Below, piece by piece: positions 30,518 to 40,153 of a stretch of 64,000 nucleotides of DNA. The notes under the pieces are model-generated. The model made no database searches. It was not told the origin of the DNA and was given only the letters and a program-made list of their open reading frames with translations. A program made the translations under genes and the position numbers. The stretch's first letter is position 1, and each line of letters opens with the position of its first letter. The DNA comes from an uncultured Gemmataceae bacterium (GTDB taxonomy: Bacteria > Planctomycetota > Planctomycetia > Gemmatales > Gemmataceae), in NCBI GenBank assembly GCA_963750165.1, contig CAVVPN010000012.1, forward strand, positions 1,184,001-1,248,000, in the 5' to 3' direction.

Positions 30518-33500
30518 ATGAGCGACCCATCCAACCAGGCCAAGTCGATCTTTCTGGCGGCCCTCGAGGGGCACTCGCCGGAGCAGTGGCCGGCGTTCCT
30601 GGAGCGCGCCTGCGGCGGCGACGCCGGGCTCCGTGCCGAGGTTGAGAAGTTGCTGCACGCACGGGCCGAACTGGGCTCGTTCCACGAGGCGCCGCGGTCG
30701 GGGACCACCGTCGATGCGGCGGTGGGCGAGCAGCCCGGCGCGGCGATCGGGCGCTACAAGCTATTGGAGCAGATCGGCGAGGGTGGCTTCGGGGTCGTCT
30801 TCATGGCCGAGCAACAGCAGCCGGTCCGCCGCCGCGTGGCCCTGAAGGTGCTCAAGCCGGGCATGGACACCCGGCAGGTCGTGGCGCGCTTCGAGCAGGA
30901 GCGGCAGGCGCTGGCGCTGATGGACCATCCCAACATCGCCCGCATCCTCGACGGCGGCGCCACCGACAGCGGCCGGCCTTACTTCGTCATGGAGCTGGTC
31001 AAGGGCGTGCCCGTGACCGCCTTCTGTGACCAGAACCACCTGGGCATCCGCGAGCGGCTCGACCTGTTCGTCAGCGTCTGTCAGGCGGTGCAGCACGCGC
31101 ACCAGAAGGGCGTCATCCACCGCGACCTCAAGCCAGGGAACGTCCTGGTCACGCTGCACGACGGCAGACCGGTGGCCAAGGTCATTGACTTCGGCATCGC
31201 CAAGGCGACCGGACCGCAGCTGACCGACAGGACGCTGTTCACGCACTTCGCGCAGCTGGTCGGCACGCCGCTGTACATGGCCCCCGAACAGGCGGAGCTG
31301 AGCGGTCTGGACCTCGACACGCGCTGCGACATCTACAGCCTGGGCGTGCTGCTCTACGAACTGCTGACCGGCACGACACCGTTCGAGAAGGAGCGCTTTC
31401 ACGGGGCGGGCTTCGACGAAATCCGCCGCATCATCCGCGAGGAGGAGCCGCCGAAGCCGAGCACGCGCATGAGCACGGCCGGCCCGGCGGCGGCAACGAC
31501 CTCGACGAAGCGCCGTAGCGACCCGCGCAAGCTGAGCCGGCTGTTCCGCGGCGAACTGGACTGGGTGGTGATGCAGGCGCTGGAGAAGGACCGCAACCGC
31601 CGCTACGAGTCGGCCAGCGCCTTCGCGGCGGACGTACAGCGCTACCTGGCGGACGAGCCGGTGCTGGCGTGCCCGCCGAGCGCGGGCTACCGGCTGCGGA
31701 AGCTCGTGCGGCGGCACCGGGGCAAGGTGACGGCGGCCGTGGCGATGCTGACGCTGTTGCTGGCCGGGACGGCGGTGAGCACCTGGCAGGCGGTGCGGGC
31801 CACGCAAGCCGAGCGGGAAACCGCCGATGCCCTGGTCCAGGTGACGGCCGAGCAGACGAAGACCGCGGCGGCCCTGACGGCGGCGCGCGACGTGCTGGAC
31901 ACGCTCACCGACGACGTGGTGCAGACCATGTTCGCCCGGCAGCCAGAGTTGGGAGAGACGGAGCGGGCGTTCCTGCGCAAGGTGCTCGGGTTTTACCAGG
32001 CGGTGACGCGGCAGCTGGGGGAAACGGCGGAGGCCAAATGGTTGCGGGCCGAGGGCTATTTCAAGGTAGCGTTCCTGCGGGCGTTGCTCGGCGAGCAGCG
32101 CGAGGCCGCGGCGGGCTATCGCCAGGCCATCGACCTGCTCGGGCCGCTGGCGGCCGAGCACCCCGGCGTGCCCGACTACCGGGAGCAGCTCGGGCGGGCT
32201 TACCACAACCGCGGCATCCTGCTCGCGGACCTGGGGGACGAGGCGGCAGCGGCAGCGAGCTTCCGGCAGGGTCTGGGCATTCAACAACAGTTGGCGAGCG
32301 AGTTCCCCCGGGCGCATCGGTATCGCTGGAACAGCGCCGCCAGCGAGGCCGACCTGGCCAAACTTCTGGGGGATCAGAAGAAGTACGCCGACGCGGAGGC
32401 GGGTTACCACCGGGCCCTCGGCCTGCTGGAAGGGCTGCAGGCGGAAGGCGAAGCCGAGCCTGCCGTCGGCCGGTTGCTGGCCCGCGCTCGCTCCAACCTG
32501 GGCAAGGTGTTGCGGGAGCAGGCGAAGTTCGCCGCGGCCGAGAAATCCTATCGACTGGCCTTCGACGCCCAGCAGCAGCAACTGAACGAGTCCCCGGCCG
32601 CGCCGGCGTACCGCCGCGACCTGGCCGACACCTGCAACGGTCTGGGGATCGTCCTCACCGAGTTGAAGCAGCCGGCGGAAGCGGAGAAGGTTTTTCGCCA
32701 GGGCCTGGATCTGCGCAAGAAGTTGGTCGCGGACTATCCCAGGGTGTTTCAGTACCGCCAGGAACTCGCCGGGAGCTATCACGACCTCGGCTTTTTCTTG
32801 CAACAGCAGCAAAAGTATGCGGACGCAGAGCAGGCATACGGTGAAGCGGTGAATCTCAGGAAAAAGCTCGTGGCCGAGGCCGGCGCCGTACCCCGGTATC
32901 GCAAGGAGCTGGCCCACAATCTCGACCACCTCGGCATGACCCGGTTTCTCGCCAGGCGGCTGGAGGAAGCGGAAGCGGCGTGGCGTGACGCCCTGGTGCT
33001 GCGGCGACAACTGGCGGCCGACGGCCCCCGGGATCCCGAACCTCAGGACGCCCTGGCGGCCACGCTCATCAAAATCGCCACCGCGCAGAATCTGCGCGGT
33101 GAGTTTGCGGATGCCGTCTTGCTGCTCGAACAGGCCCGGGTTCACAACCAGGTTGCCCGGGCGGCCAGACCCGAGGACCGCGGTTATCGCCTGTGTTATC
33201 TCAATCTGCTCCGCACCCTGGCCCCGAGTCATCTGTTCCTGGCCGACCACGCACGGCTGGCCACGACCGCGGACGAACTGGCCAGCTGCGGTTACGACCC
33301 CGCGCACGACCGCTATGTCGCGGCCTGCTTCTTGAGTAACTGTGCGACGCTGGCCGAAAAAGACGCCCGGCTCGCCGCGGCCCAGCGCGAGGAGCTGGCC
33401 CAGGGCTACGCCGCCCGGTCGCTGGAGCTGTTGCGGCAGGCCGTCGCGCTCGGTTTCCGGGATGGGGCTCACCTGAAAAAGAACCCCGACTTCCAGCCGC

Positions 33501-33562
33501 TGCGGGCGCGGAAAGCGCTCCAGAAAGGGCTCGCCGAGTTGGAAGCGAAACTCAACCAGTAA
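30518..33562 (+). CDS. Ser/Thr kinase with TM helix and TPR repeats
   Basis: GEGGFG, HRDLKPGN, DFGIAK, GTPLYMAPE; TPR-like C-terminus. Confidence 0.95.
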   Translation: MSDPSNQAKSIFLAALEGHSPEQWPAFLERACGGDAGLRAEVEKLLHARAELGSFHEAPRSGTTVDAAVGEQPGAAIGRYKLLEQIGEGGFGVVFMAEQQQPVRRRVALKVLKPGMDTRQVVARFEQERQALALMDHPNIARILDGGATDSGRPYFVMELVKGVPVTAFCDQNHLGIRERLDLFVSVCQAVQHAHQKGVIHRDLKPGNVLVTLHDGRPVAKVIDFGIAKATGPQLTDRTLFTHFAQLVGTPLYMAPEQAELSGLDLDTRCDIYSLGVLLYELLTGTTPFEKERFHGAGFDEIRRIIREEEPPKPSTRMSTAGPAAATTSTKRRSDPRKLSRLFRGELDWVVMQALEKDRNRRYESASAFAADVQRYLADEPVLACPPSAGYRLRKLVRRHRGKVTAAVAMLTLLLAGTAVSTWQAVRATQAERETADALVQVTAEQTKTAAALTAARDVLDTLTDDVVQTMFARQPELGETERAFLRKVLGFYQAVTRQLGETAEAKWLRAEGYFKVAFLRALLGEQREAAAGYRQAIDLLGPLAAEHPGVPDYREQLGRAYHNRGILLADLGDEAAAAASFRQGLGIQQQLASEFPRAHRYRWNSAASEADLAKLLGDQKKYADAEAGYHRALGLLEGLQAEGEAEPAVGRLLARARSNLGKVLREQAKFAAAEKSYRLAFDAQQQQLNESPAAPAYRRDLADTCNGLGIVLTELKQPAEAEKVFRQGLDLRKKLVADYPRVFQYRQELAGSYHDLGFFLQQQQKYADAEQAYGEAVNLRKKLVAEAGAVPRYRKELAHNLDHLGMTRFLARRLEEAEAAWRDALVLRRQLAADGPRDPEPQDALAATLIKIATAQNLRGEFADAVLLLEQARVHNQVARAARPEDRGYRLCYLNLLRTLAPSHLFLADHARLATTADELASCGYDPAHDRYVAACFLSNCATLAEKDARLAAAQREELAQGYAARSLELLRQAVALGFRDGAHLKKNPDFQPLRARKALQKGLAELEAKLNQ

Positions 33563-33714
33563 TCTCTGACCCGACCAACCAAGGCGTCCGGCGAGCGTTT
33601 GCCGTCAGGCAAACCCGCACCGGTCCGGCCCTCGCCCGGCGCTCGGTCTGCGCGCCGGGAACGATGGCACGTTTCCTCAACCGCAGACCGGCTCTCCACA
33701 GAGAGGACCACACC

Positions 33715-35541
33715 ATGCTGTTCCAACTGTTCCGCCGTGCGCGCACGGGCCGCCGGCCGTCCCGGCAACTCCGGCTGGAGGCGCTGGAGGACCGCTCGCT
33801 GCCGAGCACCTTCACGGTGCTGAACCTGAACGACGGCGGCGCCGGCTCGCTGCGCCAGGCCGTCCTTGACGCCAACGCCCACGCCGGCCCCGACACGATC
33901 CGCTTCACCGCTGGCCTGCACGGCACCATCGTCCTGACCGGTGGCGAACTCGGCGTCACCGACGACGTGACCGTCAACAGCCCCGGCGCGGCCAAGGTGA
34001 CCGTCAGCGGCGACGACGCCAGCCGCGTCTTCCACCTCACCGGCAGCGCCACCGACGTGACGATCAACGGTCTCACCATCGCCGACGGTGCGGCCACCGG
34101 CCCCATCACGGGGACCGAAGGAGCCGTCACGCTGGGCGGCGGCATCCTCAACGACCAGGCCCACCTGACGCTCTCCCACGTGACCCTGACCGACAACCAG
34201 GCCGCCGGCTTCATCGGTGCCGGCGGCGGCGTCGCCAACGTCTCCGGCGGCGTCCTGACGGTCGAGGACTGCACGTTTACTGACAACGTGGCCGCGGGCA
34301 GCGCCATCGATAGCCCGGGCGGCGGCATCTTCAGCGACACCGGCTCGGTCCTGACGGTGGCGTACAGCACCTTCACCGGTAACCGGGCCATCGACGGCGG
34401 CGGCATCGCGGTCTGGGGCGGCAGTGCCGCGGCGGTGTCGGGCAGCACGTTCACCGACAACGTGGCCCGCGGTAACAACGGCAGCCCCGGCCAGAGCGGC
34501 ACGCCCGCCGACAACGGCGGCGCCATCTTCGCCACGGACCAGAGCCTGTTCGTCGCCGCGACCGGCTCCGTCCTGACGGTCGAGAACGACACGTTCACCG
34601 GCAACCTGGCCCGCGGCAGCGACGGCGGCGCCGGCGCCGACGGCGGCGAGGCCCAGGGCGGCGCGCTGTCCGTGAGCGGGGTGACGACGGCGGCAAGCAT
34701 CAGCTGCAGTACGTTCACGAACAACCTGGCCCTCGGCGGCAACGGCGGTGCTGGCGGCGCAGCCACCGTCAGCGGCGGCAACGGCGGACCCGGGGCCGGC
34801 GGCGCGGTCTCGTTGAACGACGGGACCATTGCCATCGTGCAGAGCACGTTCAGCGGGAACGATGCCACGGGCGGACTCGGCGGCGCGGGCGGCGCCGGGG
34901 CGGCCGGCGGCGCCGGCGGTACGGGCCGCGGCGGGGCGCTGGTGCATACCGTGACCTTCGGCACGTCGCATCCGGTCTCGACGCTGACCGGCGTGACGAT
35001 GAAGGACAACGAGGCCCTCGGCGGCAACGGCGGCGCGGGCGGCGTCGGTGGCGACGGCGGTGACGGGGGTGCCGGCCAGGGCGGCGGCATCCGTGCGCTG
35101 CTGGGCAGCATCATCGTCAGCGCCGGCCAGTTGACCGATAACGAAGCGGTGGGCGGGACCGGCGGCGCAGCGGGTGTGGGCGGCGTCGGTGGCAGCGGCG
35201 GTGCCGGCCAGGGCGGCGGCTTCCTCACCGCGTTCGGGGTGACGGCCGTCCTGTCGAACACCACGCTGAAGCACAACGAGGCCATCGGCGGCGCCGGCGC
35301 GGCGGGCGGCGTCGGCGGCGATGGCCAGGGCGGCGGCATCTACAACGGCGGCGCTTCGCCGTTCGGCACGCCGTCCCTGACGCTGCTCGCGTGTCAGGTC
35401 GAGCACAACGAGGCCGACGGCGGCAGCGGCGGCTCCGGGGTGGGCGGCGGCGTCTACAACCTGGGGATGTTCACTTTCGACGCGCTGACCGACATCGACC
35501 ACAACCACGCTTCCACCAGCAACAACGACATCTATCCGTAA
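33715..35541 (+). CDS. Planctomycete extracellular protein (LEPRxLL-like motif) with Gly-rich beta-helix repeats
   Basis: LRLEALEDRSLPS, DGGAGSLRQAV..AN, repeated TFT.N.A.GG.GGA. Confidence 0.88.
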   Translation: MLFQLFRRARTGRRPSRQLRLEALEDRSLPSTFTVLNLNDGGAGSLRQAVLDANAHAGPDTIRFTAGLHGTIVLTGGELGVTDDVTVNSPGAAKVTVSGDDASRVFHLTGSATDVTINGLTIADGAATGPITGTEGAVTLGGGILNDQAHLTLSHVTLTDNQAAGFIGAGGGVANVSGGVLTVEDCTFTDNVAAGSAIDSPGGGIFSDTGSVLTVAYSTFTGNRAIDGGGIAVWGGSAAAVSGSTFTDNVARGNNGSPGQSGTPADNGGAIFATDQSLFVAATGSVLTVENDTFTGNLARGSDGGAGADGGEAQGGALSVSGVTTAASISCSTFTNNLALGGNGGAGGAATVSGGNGGPGAGGAVSLNDGTIAIVQSTFSGNDATGGLGGAGGAGAAGGAGGTGRGGALVHTVTFGTSHPVSTLTGVTMKDNEALGGNGGAGGVGGDGGDGGAGQGGGIRALLGSIIVSAGQLTDNEAVGGTGGAAGVGGVGGSGGAGQGGGFLTAFGVTAVLSNTTLKHNEAIGGAGAAGGVGGDGQGGGIYNGGASPFGTPSLTLLACQVEHNEADGGSGGSGVGGGVYNLGMFTFDALTDIDHNHASTSNNDIYP

Positions 35542-35659
35542 CTCCGCAGGCGCGGGGGCGTCAGCGCTTGGTTGGATCGCATAGCACAGGGGTTGACGCT
35601 CCCGCGCACCGAGCACGAAGGCCACCGACAACGGGCGTGGGCGACAGCGGCCGCCATCC

Positions 35660-36241
35660 TCACTCAAACAGCCGCTGCACGGGCACGGTGAACCCGGGTA
35701 GCACGTCGGGCACCACCAGCGCGTCGCCGTTGTGGAAGAGCTGCTGCAATTCGTCGGGCCGGTAGACGGACGCCGTGGCCGTCGGCTCGTCGAGGACGAT
35801 GACGACGCGCACGCCAGCCTTCAGGTACTCGACGACCTTGCCGAACAATTCCGTCCACCGCTCGGAGCGGGACCACGCCTCGACGACCAGGTCGGGCACC
35901 ACGGGCAGCAGGCCGTCCGGAACCTTGCCTTTCGGCAGACGCTCATAGCTGTAGAAGCACACGTCTGCGCCGCGGATCGTGTCGGGGTTGCTTTGCGTTT
36001 GCACGAAGGAGTCGTTGGTCATCACGCGACCAAGATCGTGATTCTCCAAATACTGGCCCAGCACGAAGCTGAAGCGGTAACAAATCTTGCCGTGTTTCGG
36101 ATAAGGCCTCGGCACCCCCCGCACCTGTCCCTTGACCAATTCCACGCAATCACCACCGTGGCGTTGCGCGAACTCCGCCGCGGTCATCAAGGGTACGGGA
36201 GCAGCCGGCGGCGACACGGCAGGAACACTGGTCGGTTGCAT
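35660..36241 (-). CDS. Uma2 family putative endonuclease
   Basis: MTAAEF, ELVKG, HG, ADVCFYS, PDLVVE, EYLKAGV, VLPGFTVPV. Confidence 0.85.
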   Translation of the reverse strand: MQPTSVPAVSPPAAPVPLMTAAEFAQRHGGDCVELVKGQVRGVPRPYPKHGKICYRFSFVLGQYLENHDLGRVMTNDSFVQTQSNPDTIRGADVCFYSYERLPKGKVPDGLLPVVPDLVVEAWSRSERWTELFGKVVEYLKAGVRVVIVLDEPTATASVYRPDELQQLFHNGDALVVPDVLPGFTVPVQRLFE

Positions 36242-36313
36242 ACGAGATTCCCTCCAGAAATGGCCCGACGTTAGCAAATCCGGCCGCGGGCGAACAGGGC
36301 AACGCGCCGACGC

Positions 36314-36342
36314 TTGCGAACCGGCCGCCGCCGCGGTACGCT
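36314..36342 (+). promoter_or_regulatory. Putative sigma70 promoter, near-leaderless ECF transcript
   Basis: TTGCGA-N17-TACGCT, 8 nt before the ATG; paralogous to 29698-29726. Confidence 0.65.
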
Positions 36343-36350
36343 CGACCGTC

Positions 36351-36914
36351 ATGAGTGAAGTCACTCGCATCCTGGACGCTCTCGCGCAGAACGACCCGCA
36401 CGCCGCGGCGCAACTGCTGCCGCTGGTTTACGACGAGCTGCGCCGCCTGGCTGCCCAGAAGCTGGCGCACGAGCCCGCTGGCCACACCCTGCAACCGACC
36501 GCCCTGGTCCACGAAGCGTATCTGCGCCTGGTCGGCGACCGCGACGCGGCGCACTGGGACGGCCGCGGCCACTTCTTCGCCGCCGCCGCCGAGGCCATGC
36601 GCCGCATCCTCATCGACGACACCCGCCGCCGCCGCGCCGAGAAGCGCGGCGGCGGTCGCCAGCGCCAGGAACTCGATCCGTCCGCCGTCGCCGCGCCGGC
36701 AGCTTCCGAGGAACTGCTGGCCCTGGACGAGGCGCTCACCCGGCTGGCGGCGGTCGAGCCGCAGGTGGGCCGCCTGGTGGAGCTGCGCTACTTCGGCGGC
36801 CTGACGATCAAGGAAGCGGCAGCGCTCCTCGGCGTCGCGCCCCGCACCGCCGACGGCTACTGGGCCTACGCCCGGGCCTGGCTGCGAGCGGAACTCCAGG
36901 GCGAACGCCCCTGA
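36351..36914 (+). CDS. ECF sigma factor, TIGR02999-like #3
   Basis: TLQPTALVHEAYLRL, HFFAAAAEAMRRIL, WAYARAWL. Confidence 0.93.
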   Translation: MSEVTRILDALAQNDPHAAAQLLPLVYDELRRLAAQKLAHEPAGHTLQPTALVHEAYLRLVGDRDAAHWDGRGHFFAAAAEAMRRILIDDTRRRRAEKRGGGRQRQELDPSAVAAPAASEELLALDEALTRLAAVEPQVGRLVELRYFGGLTIKEAAALLGVAPRTADGYWAYARAWLRAELQGERP

Positions 36915-36942
36915 TACGGCAGCGCCGTGAATGATCGTGGTG

Positions 36943-37005
36943 GGTCGGAGCCCGAGCGCCAGCGCGGGGCAGCGTTGGCCCCGCGCTGGCGCTCGGGCTC
37001 CGACC
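36943..37005. repeat. REP family A palindrome, copy 2
   Basis: 28-bp arms, same core as the copy at 30352. Confidence 0.9.
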
Positions 37006-37098
37006 AGGAGCAACCTTTCGGCAAATTTCGGCTGCGCGTTTCAGAGACGAATTACGCATTGCAGACAGCGCCCCTTCTAATTCCTGCGAGAGTCCGCC

Positions 37099-40000
37099 AT
37101 GAGCGAACGCGACCTGTTCATCGCCGCCCTGCAGATCGAGGACGCGGCCGCGCGCGCCGCCTACCTCGACGCCGCCTGCGCCGGGGACGCGGCACTGCGG
37201 CAGCGACTGGAAGTGCTGTTGCAGGCCCACGCCGCCGACTCCTTCCTGGAGCCGCCGCCCGCCGCGGCCAGCACCACCGACGCCTTCCGGCCTACCGCGG
37301 AGGGACCGCCCAGTGCCCCGGCGGCCGCTGGCGAAAGTTCAGGCATGCGGCTCGGGCCGTACCGGCTGCTGCAACAGATCGGCACGGGCGGCATGGGCGT
37401 CGTCTGGATGGCCGAGCAGCAAACGCCCCTGCGGCGCCTGGTGGCGCTGAAGGTCATCAAGGCCGGCATGGACAGCGCCCAGGTGATCGCCCGTTTCGAG
37501 CAGGAGCGGCAGGCGCTGGCCCTCATGGACCACCCCAACATCGCCCGCGTCCTGGACGGCGGCACCACCGACAGCGGCCGGCCCTTCTTCGTCATGGAAC
37601 TGGTCAAGGGCACCCCCATCACCAAATACTGCGACGAGCACCGGCTCACGCCGCGGGAGCGGCTGGCGCTGTTCGTGCCGGTCTGCCAGGCCGTCCAGCA
37701 CGCGCACCAGAAGGGCATCATCCACCGCGACCTCAAACCGAGTAACGTGCTGGTGGCGCCCTACGACGGCCGGCCGGTGGTCAAGGTGATCGACTTCGGC
37801 GTCGCCAAGGCGACGGGCCCGCGGCTCACGGACAGGACGTTGTTCACCGAGTTCGGGGCGGTGATCGGCACGCTGGAGTACATGAGCCCCGAGCAGGCCG
37901 AGCTGAATAACCAGGACATCGACACGCGCAGCGACATTTACGCCCTGGGCGTGCTGCTCTACGAACTGCTGACCGGTAGCACGCCGCTGGAGCGCAGCCG
38001 GCTGCGGCAGGCGGCGTTCGCGGAGGTGCTGCGGTGCATCCGCGAGGAGGAGCCACCGCGGCCGAGCCAGCGGCTCAGCGCATCGAAGGACGCGCTGCCG
38101 GTGATCTCGGCCCAGCGGCAGACGGAGCCGGCCCGCTTGACGAAACTGATGCGCGGCGAACTGGACTGGATCGTCATGAAGGCGCTGGACAAGGACCGCG
38201 GCCGCCGCTACGAGACGGCCAACGGACTGGCGCAGGACGTGGAGCGCTACCTGCAGGACGAGCCGGTGGCGGCGTGCCCGCCCAGCGCCGGCTATTGGCT
38301 GCGCAAGTTCCTGCGGCGGAACCGGCGGCCGGTGCTGGTCGCGGCGGCGCTGCTGCTGGCGCTGCTGGGTGGCATCGTCGGCACCACCTGGGGGCTGGTC
38401 CGCGCCCTGGAGGCGGAGGCGGACACGCGCATGGCCCTGGCCGAGGTCGCCGGGGAGCGGGATCGGGCCGCCGGTGCGGAGCGGCGGGTGCTGACCAGCG
38501 CGGGCCTCGCCGAGAGCCGGCGGAAGGAGGCCGTGAAACAAAGCGGCCTCGCCGAGGAGCGCCGTCGGGAGGCCGAGAAGCAAACCGGCGTGGCCCGGCA
38601 GGAAAAAAAGCGGGCCGAGGCGGTGCGCGACTACCTGCTGGCCGTCTTCCACCGGGCCAACCCCGAGGTCGATGGCCGGCGCGTCACCGTGGTCGAGGTG
38701 CTCACCCTGGGCGTCGAGCGGACCGCCGTCGAGCTGCGCGACCAACCGCTGGTGCAGGCGGACATGTTCGCGGCCATCGGCGCCAGCTTTACCGGGCTGG
38801 GGCTCTTCAAGGAAGCGGCCGAGGCGCTGGAGCGGGCCGAGCGCATCCTGCTTGAACACCACGGCAAGAACCACCCCGACACGCTGGACGCCCGGGTGCT
38901 GCTGGCCAACGCCTACCTCGAAGCTGGGCAGGCCGCCAAGTCCGTCCGGCTGAACGAGGAGCTGTTGCCGACCGCCCGGACCCTGCGCGGCGCGGACCAC
39001 GCCCAGGTGGCGACCATCCTGAACAACCTGGGGCACGGCTACCAGGAACTGGGCCGTTACCTCGAAGCAGTTGAGCAGTTTGAAGAGGCGCTGAAGCTGA
39101 ACCGAGCACAGTTCGGCCCGGACGACTACCACGTGCTGTACATGGTGGACAACCTGGCCCGGGCCTACCAGTTCGCGAACCGGCTCGGGGACGCCGTGCC
39201 AATGTTCGAGGACGTGCTCCGGCGGCGGCGGGCGCTCCTGGGGGACGACCACCCGGAAACGCTGAGGAGCATCAACAGCCTCGGCTACGCCTACCTCCGC
39301 GGCGGCCGGGCGGCGGCCGCGCTGCCGCTCTTTGAGGAGGCGGTGGCGGGACGCAAGGAGAAACTCGGGCCGACCCATCCCAAGACGCTACGGAGCATGG
39401 ACAACCTGGCGCAATCCTATTTGCAGCTCAAGCGCCTGAAGGAGGCCATCCCGCTCTTCGAGGAGACGCTGGAAAAACGCACGGCCCGACTGTCTGCCAA
39501 TCACCCGGACACGCTCGTCACCAAGATGAACCTGGCCGCGACGTACAAGGCCGCCGGCCGCATCGGCGAGGCGATCAAGCTGTACGAGCAGCTGCGTGAA
39601 CAGGAGGAGGCGACCCTCGGGCCGGACCACCCCTACGCCCAGCTCACGCTGCGAAATCTGGCGCAGGCGCTGCACGAGGCGAAGGAGTTCAACCGAGCGG
39701 CGCAGGTGTGGCGGGCACTGCTCGCCGCGCAGGGACGCAAGTTGCCGGCGGACCACCCCGTTCGCGTCGGGACGCAGGCCGTCCTGGGCCTGTGCCTGTT
39801 GCAGGCCGGCAAGCCCGCCGACGCCGAGCCCGTCCTGCGCCCTGCCTGAAGGCCCGCGAACGGCAGCAGCCTGACGCCTGGACGACGTTCAGCACGCGGT
39901 CGATGCTGGGCGGAGCGCTGCTGGGCCAGAAGAAATATGCCGACGCGGAGCCACTGCTGCTGAGCGGCTACGAAGGCATGAAGCAGCGTGCGGCCCAGAT

Positions 40001-40136
40001 TCCGTCGCAGGGACAGGTCCGCGTGACCGAGGCGCTGGAGCGACTGGTGCAGCTGTACGAGGCCACCGGCCAGACGGAGCAGGCGGCCGCCTGGCGCAAG
40101 CAACTCGCCGCGGCCCGGGCGGGAAAGCAGCCATAG
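37099..40136 (+). CDS. Ser/Thr kinase with TM helix and kinesin-light-chain-like TPRs (frameshift near 39840)
   Basis: GTGGMG, HRDLKPSN, DFGVAK; LG.DHP.TL..MNNLA repeats; tail CLKARERQQPDAW...AEPLLLSGYEGM in a shifted frame. Confidence 0.92.
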
Positions 40137-40153
40137 TTTGACGCCGCTTCCGT

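Noticed and set aside
33597..33690. c-di-GMP-I riboswitch (contains GGCAAAC)
   Set aside because: It lacks the GNRA loop and the GACGCAAA/GGCCTAA elements. Kept only as an unknown structured RNA candidate.
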